DNA from: Emiliania huxleyi CCMP1516
Lineage: Eukaryota
Assembly: GCF_000372725.1 (NCBI RefSeq)
Contig: NW_005202427.1
Span: forward strand, 1,152,459 to 1,216,458
Direction: 5' to 3'
Length of the DNA stretch: 64,000 bases
Below, one piece after another: positions 49,406 to 60,300 of this stretch. A model generated the notes under the pieces. The model did no database searches and had not been told where the DNA came from. It saw nothing but the letters and a program-made list of their open reading frames with translations. Within the stretch, counting starts at the first letter, position 1. Each line of letters begins with the position of its first letter. The translations under genes were made by a program, and so were the position numbers.

Positions 49406-51049
49406 ATGAGCGGCGCCATCCTCCCAACCCGCCTCGCCGACCTGGCTCGGGGCGACCTGGCCTCGCTGCGCGCCTTCCTCTCCGGGCGGCGGACGCGCGG
49501 CACGTCGCTCGCGGCCCAGCTCGACGCGCGGCTCGACACCGAGAGGCAGGACACGCTGCTCACCTGGGCCGCTCGGCACGGGCAGGCCGAGGGGGCGCGG
49601 CTGCTGCTCGAGGGCGGCGCGAGCGTCGGGGCGACGACTGGCGGCGGCGCTTCCGCGCTGTATATCACGTGCCAAGAGGGGCAGATTGAGTGCGCCCGGC
49701 TGCTCGTCGAGGCTGGCGCGGCGACCGACCAAGCAGACGCTGGAGGCCGCACGCCGCTGTTCATCGCGAGCGAGAAGGGCCACGTCGAGATCGCCCGGCT
49801 GCTGCGCGACGCTGGCGCTGGCATCAACCAAGCCAAGCAGTGCGGCGCCACGCCGCTGCTCATGGCGAGCCAGCAGGGCCACCTCGAGTGCGCCCGGCTG
49901 CTCCTCGAGGCTGGCGCGGCGGTCAACCAAGCCAAGCAGAACGGCGCCACGCCGCTGAACATCGCGTGCCAGAAGGGCCACCTCGAGATCGCCCGGCTGC
50001 TCCTCAAGGCTGGCGCGGCGGTCAGCCAAGCCGCGGCGAACGGCGCCACGCCGCTGTTCATGGCGAGCCAGAACAACCACCTCGAGATCGCCCGGCTGCT
50101 GCTCGAGGCTGGCGCAGCGGTCAACCAAGCGATGAACGGCGGCGTCACGCCGCTGTCCATCGCGTGCCAGCAGGGCCACCTCGAGACCGCCTGGCTGCTC
50201 CTCGAGGCTGGCGCGGCGGTCAACCAAGCCATGGGTGACGGCGCCACGCCGCTGTACATCGCGTGCCAGCAGGGCCACCTCGGGTGCGTTCGGCTGCTCC
50301 TCGAGGCTGGCGCGGCGATCGACCAAGCCCATGAGAACGGCGTCACGCCGCTGTACGTCGCGTGCCAGAACAACCACCCCGAGACCGCCCGGCTGCTCCT
50401 CGAGGCTGGCGCGGCGATCGACCAAGCCCGCAACAACGGCGCCACGCCGCTGTTCATGGCGTGCCAGCAGGGCCAGCTCGAGTGCGTTCGGTTGCTTCTC
50501 GAGGCTGGCGCGGCGATCGACCAAGCCAGGCAGGACGGCGCCACGCCGCTGATCATGGCATGCTTCAACGGCCACCTCGAGGTCGCCAAGCTCCTATCCT
50601 CCTACGGCGCCTCCCGCGCCGCTACGCCCTTCGGCACGCCCGAGGAGGCCGCAAACCGTGAAGGCCACGCCGACCTCGCCGCCTGGCTGGTCGCCAGCCG
50701 CGGCTGGACGCCGCTCGCGCACCTTGAGACCCTCACCGCCGCCCGCGCCACCGCCCTCCTGCGCAGCGGTGCAAGCCTGCACGAGGGCGAGCCGACGCCG
50801 CTGCGGCGCGCCGCGGGCGGCGAGGGCGAGGCGGCGGCGCTGATCCGGCGGGCGGCGGCGCCGTGGTCGCCGGCAAGCCACTCGCTCTTCCCCGCGGCGG
50901 CCCGCGCGCGGGCGGCGCTCCTCGTCCTCTCGCTCTACGAGATCCACGAGCGGTACCACCTCGACTCGGCCGGAGCCACGAACGGCATCGCGGCGCTCGA
51001 CTTTGGCCACTGCGTCTTGGGCTTCGCCATCGCGCGCGAGACGGAGTAG
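49406..51049 (+). CDS. Ankyrin-repeat protein (about 11 repeats), single exon
   Basis: 33-aa units G.TPL..A.Q.GH.E.ARLLLEAGAA.NQA. Confidence 0.95.
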   Translation: MSGAILPTRLADLARGDLASLRAFLSGRRTRGTSLAAQLDARLDTERQDTLLTWAARHGQAEGARLLLEGGASVGATTGGGASALYITCQEGQIECARLLVEAGAATDQADAGGRTPLFIASEKGHVEIARLLRDAGAGINQAKQCGATPLLMASQQGHLECARLLLEAGAAVNQAKQNGATPLNIACQKGHLEIARLLLKAGAAVSQAAANGATPLFMASQNNHLEIARLLLEAGAAVNQAMNGGVTPLSIACQQGHLETAWLLLEAGAAVNQAMGDGATPLYIACQQGHLGCVRLLLEAGAAIDQAHENGVTPLYVACQNNHPETARLLLEAGAAIDQARNNGATPLFMACQQGQLECVRLLLEAGAAIDQARQDGATPLIMACFNGHLEVAKLLSSYGASRAATPFGTPEEAANREGHADLAAWLVASRGWTPLAHLETLTAARATALLRSGASLHEGEPTPLRRAAGGEGEAAALIRRAAAPWSPASHSLFPAAARARAALLVLSLYEIHERYHLDSAGATNGIAALDFGHCVLGFAIARETE

Positions 51050-51355
51050 GCCGGAGTCTCGGTGAGAGTCTTTGCCTCGGCTCCGACCATGGTCGTGGCT
51101 CGTGAGCTGCTTGCTGTCTTGTGAATCGTGTCGTGCGACCGCGTTTTGTTCGAAGTGTGCGAGAAATTTCTTTATTCCTCTTTCTCAGCCTCCGCGTACT
51201 CAACCCAGGGTACAGCGAGCTCCAGCCATTGCAGCCGCTACCACAGGTGTGTGAACCGAACCCCAAGGCAGCGAGCAGCCCTCCGCAAGACCGAGCCCCC
51301 GCGAGGTTGACAGCGGAGTAGGCTGGGGCTATACCAGACAGCGGCGAGCTCGGGC

Positions 51356-54300
51356 ATGTTCGCTTGTTTATCTCTCTCTCTCTCGGCTCATGCATTTTCT
51401 GGAGGCCCCCGCCAGCTGCAAAGCTGGCTGTTCGGCTGGCCAGAGAGCGACAGCAGCAGCAACGCGACCAGCAGCAACGCGTGGGATGGGTCACTCATAG
51501 ACGTCGACACACCGCTGGAAGAGCTCGAGACGGTCGGCCTTGGCGATGGCGAGAGCTACCGGCTGGTCATGTCGGACGAGTTTGAGACCGAGGGCCGCCG
51601 CTTCAGCGAGGTCTCGAGCGTCTGAGCGCCCTCGCTTCCACCAGCTCGTCCCGTCAGCTGTCTCGCTCGCCGTCTCAGGTGGACCGCGACCCGATCTGGA
51701 CGGCCGTCGCAAGGCACGACCCGACGAACGGCAACCTGGCATACATGACGCCGCAGATGGTGAGCACTCACGCGGGCGCGCTCGAGATCTACACCACAAA
51801 CACGGGCTTCCGCGCCTCGCGGTACGCCTCCGGCTCCGTGCAGTCGTGGGAGAAGGCTTGCTTGCAGGGCGGCATCGTCGACGTCTCCTTCTCCCTGCCC
51901 GGCGAGCCGGGCGCGCCTGGCGTCTGGCGCGCACCCCTCCGCCGCCCTCCACCGCCTGGCACTCTGCTCCTGCCGCCAGCTCACCGGAGGCGCTGCCACG
52001 CCACGCACCGCCATCTCGATGCTCACTCACTCTGCTTCTGTCTACGCCACGCCAGGCCCGCCATCTTGTCACAGGCCCGCCATCTGGATGCTCGGCAACC
52101 TCGGGCGGGCCACCTACCCGCTCTCGAACGATGGCCTCTGGCCCTTCTCCTTCGGCGCGTGCGACCGGTCTCTCGGAGGCCAGGCGGCACGCTAGGGCTC
52201 GGCGCCATAGCCTCGGCGCCCTCCTGGAACCTTCCTGGAACCTTCCCATCAGCTCGGCACCCTCCACCACAACAGACACACGAGCCGACTCGCCACAGCA
52301 CACACCGCTACCCCGTGCCCGCCACTGCCCGCCACTGCTCGCCTCTGCCCCCCCGCGGGACTCTCCTCCCCCGCGGGACGGTGCTGTCGGCCTGCTCGGA
52401 CCGTAACACAGGAGCCTTCTAGGAGCCTTCTAGGAACGTTCTAGGTGCTGTCGGCCTGCTCGGACCAGCCAGCGCGCGGCTCGGGGCTGCGGCCGTACCA
52501 GGGGCGAGGCGTGCCGGAGGTGGAGCTGCTCGAGGACATGTCGCAGGACATGTCCGCGATATGTCCGAGACATGTCACATAGGCGTGCCGGAGGTGGACT
52601 TGCTCGAGGCGCGCCCGTGCGCCGACATCGCCGCCGCCAGCGACAGGCCCGCGCTCGCGGTGGCGCACAACAACCTCACGTGCGGCATCACAACCTTCCA
52701 GGCGCAGCCTCGGGCATCGCAGCCAGAGCCCCGCAGCAGCAGCCAGAAGAGCCCCGCGCCACGCCGCCGCCCAGGCGCCGCCGCCCCCCCGGGTCTCACG
52801 CCCAACCTCTGTGGCGACAGGTTGCGCCACGCCTGCCGGGCCGGCTCCGTCCGAACCACGGCTCCTTCCCGTCGGCGCGCCGGCCTTGGTACCCCAACCT
52901 GACTTTCGGCCGCCGCTCCGAGATCGACGCCCTCTGGTACGGAGGGGACCACTTCGACTCGCTCGGCGCCTACTTCCCGCTCTCTCCCTCCTACCACACC
53001 CCGCCCCGCGCACCGCACTCCGGCGCCGGAGCCTACTCCGGCGCGGCCGCGGCGGCGGAGGCGGCCGGAAGCTACGGCGGCTTCGGCAGCTCGCTCTTCG
53101 ACGCGAGCGCCGCTCTCTCCCCCCGCCGCCTCGGCGTCTCTCGAGACGTCACCCGGCGTGCCGGCGGGCGTAGGCGGGCTTCTTCGGCGCGCCGCCCGCC
53201 GACGCCCTCCCGAGGACCGACCGCGGCCTTTCGCACTTTCGGTTCGAGTACGAGCCGGGCGCGGACGGCTTCATGCGATGGTTCCTCGACGGCGCGCGCA
53301 GCCCAGCACGAGCCCGCCCACGCCCACGCGTCCTAGAAGTTTCCCAGAAGGTTCCCAGAAGGTTCCCAGAAGGTTCCTAGACGGTTCCTGGACGGTTCCT
53401 GGACGGTTCCTGGACGGTTCCTAGAAGGTTAGAAGGCACGAGCCCGGCCACGCAGTCCCGCACTCCCCAGCCACGCACACTCCCGACCCGGCCCCGCCCG
53501 CCGCCGCCCTCGTCGCACGCGCGCCCTCGCCGCCCCGTGCCGCCGCCCAAGCCGCCCTCTCCCCTGCCCGCAGGATCGCTCGTCTTCGAGGCGACCGGCG
53601 AGTCGCTCCGCCCGCGCCGCGTCCCCGGCGGCGGGCACGTCGGCCAGCGGCTCGTGCCGGAGGAGCCGATGCCCCCCATCGTCTCTCATCGTCTCTCATC
53701 GTCTCTCATCGTCTCTCATCGCCTCTCCGCTGTACCCCGTCACAGGAGCCTATGTACCTCATCATCTCGGCCGCCGTCTCGCGCGTCTTCTCGGGCAGGA
53801 TCGACCAGGCCATCTTCCCGACAGTCTTCCGCATCGGCCACGTCCGCTTCTACCAGCGCGCCAGCGGGCGGCAGCGCACCTCGTGCTCGCCCCCCGACCA
53901 CCCGACGGCGGGCTGGATCGCGCAGCACTGGTGGGCAAACGGCAAGCAGGCGCCCCCCTCGGTCGACAACCTGCTCCGCGCCTCCGTCCTTCTCTCGGGC
54001 TGCGTCGCCGCACTCGGCGCCCTCGCGCTGCTGCTGAGTGAGGAGCACGTCCGCCTCGCGCTCGCACTGCTGTTCGGCGCCTTCTTCTGCGCCGCGCTCG
54101 CCTCCGCCGGCCTCGCCCGCTACCTCGGCGTCTCTCCCGACGACGCGTGGCTCGGGCCGCAAACCGCGGGCGGCGACAGCGCCACCAGCTCGCTCACGCT
54201 GTCGGCCGGCGTGCCGCTGCGCAGCCACGTCTGGAGCTTGTCTGGAACCATCTAGGACCCTTCTTGGAGCTTTCTAGGCGTGTCGCTGCGCAGCCACGTC

Positions 54301-57300
54301 TGGAACTTGTCGGCGGAGCGGGCTCGGGCGGCGTCGCTCGCGCGGTGCGGCTCGCCGAGAGGGAGCCGAGACATGCCCGACGCGTAGCCGAGAGGGGTCC
54401 GAGAGGGGTCCGAGAGGGGTCCGAGAGGGGTCCGAGAGGGGTCCGAGAGGGGTCCGAGAGGGGTCCGAGAGGGGTCCGAGAGGGGTCCGAGAGGGGTCCG
54501 AGAGGGGTCCGAGAGGGGTCCGAGAGGGGTCCGAGAGGGGTCCGAGAGGGGTCCGAGAGGGGTCCGAGAGGGGTCCGAGAGGGGTCCGAGAGGGGTCCGA
54601 GAGGGGTCCGAGAGGGGTCCGAGAGGGGTCCGAGAGGGGTCCGAGAGGGGTCCGAGAGGGGTCCGAGAGGGGTCCGAGAGGGGTCCGAGAGGGGTCCGAG
54701 AGGGGTCCGAGAGGGGTCCGAGAGGGGTCCGAGAGGGGTCCGAGAGGGGTCCGAGAGGGGTCTTGTCGCGCGACTCTCCGATCGGGTGGGGCGGCGACGG
54801 TTCCGCGGCGCGAGGCAGGAGGTGCCTAGAAGGTGCCTAGAAGGTGCATAGAAGGTTCCGCGGCGCGAGGCAGGAGGTGCCTAGAAGGTGCCTAGAAGGT
54901 GCCTAGAAGGTGCCTAGAAGGTTCCACGGCGCGAGGCAGCCTGGCCGTGGCCGCAGGCTCTTTGCCGATCGCCTCGTCTACCTCGCTTGCGTCGTCGAGG
55001 CGGCGGTGGTGGGCGGCTTGCTGCTGACCATCCTCTCGGAGCTCACTCTCTGCCTGGCGACCGCCTTCTCCGTCTCGCTCCTCGCGCTGCAGGCGAGCCG
55101 CACGCACCGCACCGCCTCGCACCGCACCGCACCGGACCGCACCGCCTCGCACCACCTCGCACCACCTCGCACCGCACTGCCTCGCACCGCACTGCCTCGC
55201 ACCGCCTCGCACCGCACCGCCTTGACTCTGGCCGCCTTGACTCTGGCTCCGTCGGGCAGCAGGCGAGAGCGCTGCCCCGCCTGCTCTAGGAACCTTCTAG
55301 GAACCTTCTAGGAACCTTCTAGGCGAGAGCGCTGCCCCGCCTGCTCGTGGCTCTCTTGGGCGCGCTTGCCGCCAGGGAGGGCGGGCAGGACGAGGGCGGC
55401 GGTCGGGTCGGCTCTCTGTCCGCCGCCGTTCCGCTGCCGCCGGTCGGGCCGCCGCTTCCGCATCCGCGCGGCTGGTCGGCGGGCGAAGAGCTCTCCCTGC
55501 TCCTCTTCCCCCTCTTCCTCTTTGTCGCGCTCGTCTCGGGCTTGGCTGCCATTCACGTCCGCAAGGCGTTCCTCGAGGCCGCGACGGCGTTGTGCGGCGC
55601 GCAGCTGCTTTGGCTCGGCGCCGCAAGCTTGGCGGGCGGCGAGGCGATGCTGGACGTGCGGCACTAGGAACCTTCTAGGAACCTTCTAGGAACCTTCCGA
55701 GAGGGGTCTAGGCGATGCTCGACGTGCGGCACGCCGTCGAAGGGCTCGCGGGGTCCGGCGTGCAGGGCGACCTCGGCAGGAGCTCCTCGCCGTGGGCTGC
55801 GCCGGTGGTGGTCGCCCTTACCAGCGTCGCCTTGCTGCGCCACGCCCGCTGCCTGCGCCGGGGCAGCTGGACCCGCTCCCCTTCTAAGTCAACTGTTAAT
55901 TAACTGTTAATTAATGTTGAATTACTACTAGGCAGCTGGACCCGCTCTGCCGCGGCCTCGGTGTGCGTGTGCTGCAGGCCAAGGTCCGAGGCGGGGCTGT
56001 GGTCTCTGGTGTGGCGGGCGAGCGGTCAGCTCTGGCAGGAGCTGGCGGATGACGTCGACGACGAGGAGGACCCCGCCGCCAGCCCGTCTGCAGCGGAGGC
56101 GCGTCGCGGTCGACGTCTGCCAGGCGCAGCCGTCGGTCGAGCGCTGGTGGCTAGCCACCGCCCGCCGGCACGGGCAGAGGCGGCCACGAAGGGCAGCCTG
56201 TCCGGTGGCGGCCACCTCCTCGCGCCGGCTCCTCGCAGCCAGCCGCCAGCGGGGGAGGCGCGCCGCTCCCCGCTCGTCTCCGCCGCAAGCTCGGCTGGCC
56301 TCCGCCGGGTCGTCTCCGCCGAAGCCTTCACCGCCCGGCCGGCCCCTTGGTGGGGGGACCCTACGGCCCCTTGGTGGGGGGACCCTACGGCCCCTTGGTG
56401 GGGGGACGGCTCGCCGCCGGAGGAGAGGCGGTGGCTGCCGCCGCTGCAGCAGTGCACCGCGGTGGATGCGAGCGGGGCGCTCGGCAGTCCCGTGGTGAAG
56501 CAGCTCTGCGCCGTCGCCGCCGCGTTTGAGGCCGACTTCGGCTTCCAGCGCCCGGTGGTGTGCAACCAGCTCGAGCACTTGCTCCGGCTGCTCGCCGCGA
56601 GAGCGGCGCGCTTACCCTTCTCCGCCCCCGAGCGTGCGGCGCGCGCCGCCGACTCGCTCCATGCGCACCTCTTTGCGTCGTACTTCACCTGGTGCGAGCA
56701 CGTGCGCGCCGAGCCGCGCTGCTCTCCCGCAGCAGCGCGGGCGAGGCACGGGCCGGGCGCTGCGGGCGGGGCGGCCGAGGCGGGCGGCGAGGAGGCGGGC
56801 GAGGGCGGGCTCGCCGAGGCGGAGGCTCGCCGGGCAGAGTGCCTGCTCTACTTGCTCGTTTGGGCCGAGGCGGCAAACTTGCGCCACGCATCAGAGGCCG
56901 TCTGGTGGCTCTTCCACCAGCTCTCCGACTTGGCGAAACCGCTGCCGCGCCCCTTCGCGCTGGCGAGCGTGGCGCCGCTCTACGCGTCGCTCGTCCACCT
57001 CTTCTGCGAGCGAGCGCACCCACTCAACTACGACGACGTCAACGAGGCCTTCTGGCGACCCGACTGCCTCGGGTGGAGCCTCGAGGGGAGCGGCGCCGGC
57101 AGTGCCGCCGCGCAGCTCCGCGGGCTGGCAAAGGAGTACCGCGAGCGCCGCTCCTGGCTTCACATGCTCGGTGCGTTCGAGCACGTCTACTTTGCGCACT
57201 GGATCATGCTGCGGCTGATGCTCGGCGCGACGCTCGGCCTCAACACCTGCATCGCCGCCGAGTTCGGCGTGCCCTGCGAGGCGGGCGAGGAGTCGGACGC

Positions 57301-60300
57301 CGTGCTGGCACCAGGAACCTTCTAGGAACCTTCTTGGAACCTTCTAGGCGGGCGAGGAGTCGGACGCCGCGCTGCGCGTGTTGCAGTTCGAGGCGACCCT
57401 CGTGGTGGACGTGCAGGCGTACCGCGTCCTCTCGGGCTTGCTGCAGCTGTGGGCGCGCTTCCCCACCTGCGACCCGCCTGCCAAGCTCGACGCGGTGCTG
57501 CGCGTCGCGCTCGACCTGCTCCTCTCTCTCGCGCTCAACGTGGCGCTCTGGTTCTCGCTCCGCGACCAGCACCTGCACCACTGGGCGATGGCGCTGCTGC
57601 TCTCGATCGCCGTCTTCGTGCGGCCGACCCTGTCCAGCCTGCGCTTCCTCGTGGTGCGGCCGGGCGGCGGCGGCGGCGGCGGCGGAAGCAGTGGTCAGCC
57701 CAGTCTGGGGCGCGAGCGGCTGCTCTCGCTGTTTGGCATCGAGGTGAATGCACTGCGATTGCACTGCTCTCGCTGTTTGACATCGTTAATTCCCTGCGAA
57801 TTGCCTGCGAATTGCCTGCTAACTCTAACTGCTCGCTGTTTGGCATCGAGGTTGCCAACGGGCCGCTCCCCGCGAGGCACGTCCGGCCGACGAGCTGGTG
57901 AAGCACTCAATCAATGGACTGATGAGTGGCTGCTACTAACCATAGGCACGTCCGGCCGACGAGCTGGAGCGCGCTCGCTTTCTGGCTGACGCTGTTCAGC
58001 GTGCACTGCCTGCTGGTGCAGCACTACATCGCGGACGCGCTCGTCGTCGACACGCTCGGCCTGCTCTACTCCTACTTTGGGCGAGCACCTAGAAGGTTCC
58101 AAGAAGGTTCCTAGAAGGTTCCTAGGCCTGCTCTACTCGTACTTTGGGCGCTCGCTCACCGGCAGCTCCGGCATCGGCCTCGGCCAGCTGTTTGTGCTGC
58201 TCCTCTGCATCTGGGTGCCGGTCATCCTCTTCTTCCACCGGGAGGAACCTTCTAGGAACCTTCTTGGAACCTTCTAGGTGCCGGTCATCCTCTTCTTCCT
58301 CGTGAGCTTCTCGCTCACCTTCACACTCTGGGTGCTCGTCGTCGGGCTCTGTCGCGGGCTCGGCTCCCTCCGCATCGCACCCGAGCTCGGCCTGCCGCAG
58401 CTGCTCGCCGCCGACCGTGGACAGAACCTTCTAGGACCCTTCTTGGAACCTGCTAGGCCTGCCGCAGCTGCTCGCCGCCCACTTTGACCCGGCGGCCGAC
58501 CGCTTCGAGCAACGCTGGCTCGCCAGCCGTCCGGCCCGGCTGCCCCCCAGCCCGGTCCCTGCCCAGCGAGGGTTGCGGGCGAGCCCGTCCTTTGCACCGA
58601 CTGCGCGCGGGGAGGGTGGCCGTGGCTCGCCAAATGTGATTGCCGAGGAGGCTGACGAGGCGGAGGAGACGATGATGGCGGCGGCGGCGGAGGAGGAGGC
58701 GGAGAAAGAGCTTGCGGAGGAGGAGGCGGAGGAAGAGGCTGCGGAGGAGCAGTTGCTGGGCGAGCTCGCCAAGGGGGGGGCGTGGGCCGTGTCGGCGGGG
58801 GGGCGCTCGGTCTCGCTCCCAGCAGTCGCCAATGGGTCGCGAGACGGCGCCCTTCCGCCAGACGAGGACGCGCCCGCGGACTTGTCGGGGCTACGGCCGG
58901 CCGCCCAGTCCGGGCGCCCCTCCCGTGGTGGGACATCTCCTCACGGCCCGGCTCCTGTGAGGCGTAGGCTGCTCGGTCGGCTGCCTGCGCGGGGCGGCTG
59001 GGGCTTTGCGCAGTGTTGGAACACGATGCTCCACGAGATGCGGCGGCAGGATTTGGTCGACAACTCCGAGGAGACCCGGCTGCAGTTTGCGATCGTGCCG
59101 CGCGCCGTCCACCCGCCGCCGCCCGCTGCGGTCAGCGCCGCCGCCAGGGCGTGGCAAGAGCGGCCGCCGGTGCCGGGCAGTCTGCCGCCCCTGCCGCGCG
59201 CCGAGGCTGCGCCCGACGGCACGGCATTGCCGCTGCTTCTCCCGCCGCCGCTCGGGTCTCTCAAGCGCGCGCTCAGTGCGCTCCTCGCGGGCTGCCCCGT
59301 CGAGTCGCTCCCGACGCTCTGCCGCCTCTCGCTGGCGGGTGCGGCCGACATCGCGATGGCAGTTGTCTGGCCGCTGCTCGGCGCCGCGCACCAGCCCGAC
59401 GTGGCGCTCGCCCTCCGAGCCCTCGCCGCTGTCGTGCCCCCGATCGCGCCAGCCACCGATGCGTCTGCCGCCGGCTCGGCCGGCCAGTCCCGCCCTTGCG
59501 GCGCGCTGCCGCCCGGCCTCCGCTCGGAGCGGGTGCTCTACGGGCTGCGCAAGGCGCTACAGCGGTGCGAGGCCTCCTCCCTCCACGAGCCGCCTCGGAG
59601 CCTCTCGGGACCTGTCTGTAGGCGCTCGTCGAGCGAATTCGTTCCTGCGAATGAGCACTGATAGACCACTCATAGAACTGTCTCAGGCGCTCGTCGAGCT
59701 GTGCGAGGCCATCTTCGCCATGATCGTCGCCTTTGATGGCCGCGCCGCCCGAGGCGTCGCTAACCCTAACCCTAACCCTAACCCTAACCCTAACCCTAAC
59801 CCTAACCCTAACCCTAACCCTGACCCTAACCCTAACCCTGACCCATACCCTAACCCTAACCCTAACCCTAACGCCGCCCGAGGCGTCGCGGCGCCTAACG
59901 GCTGATTAACTGTACTCAACTACTACTAACCACTCAGTAACTGTCTCGAGGCGACGCGGCGCCTAACGGCCGTCTCGCCAAGCGGTCGGCGAGCGTAGCG
60001 TGCCTGGCGTCGGCCGCATCGCACCCGCACGACAACGGGCTCGCCGCTAGACCGGCGGGCGGCGCCGGCGGGCTAGAGGGCAGCAACGCCGCGCAGGCGC
60101 CAACGGACGGCCCGCTCGAGTCGGGACAGAACGGTGGGGGTGGACTGCGAACGACGGAGCGGCCGCAGATGGGCGACGGCGGCGGCGGCGGCGGCGCCTC
60201 GGCCGGCTCGGGCGTCGGCTTGCGGCACGCGCTGCGCTCGCGCTCCTTTGGCGATTCGCTCTCGAGCTTGTCGCGCGTCGTCTCGCTCAAGGGGCTCTCG

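Noticed and set aside
49199..50589. Long antisense ORFs over the ankyrin gene (also over the RCC1 and copia ORFs)
   Set aside because: Shadow ORFs from high-GC codon bias and repeats.
55263..58456. Recurring AGGAACCTTCT blocks separated by unique sequence, superficially CRISPR-like
   Set aside because: Spacing is irregular, the 'spacers' are exons of one gene, there are no cas genes, and the context is eukaryotic.
59760..59872. Chromosome end or (NP)n protein repeat
   Set aside because: It lies inside a continuous gene between direct repeats and is best explained as intronic.
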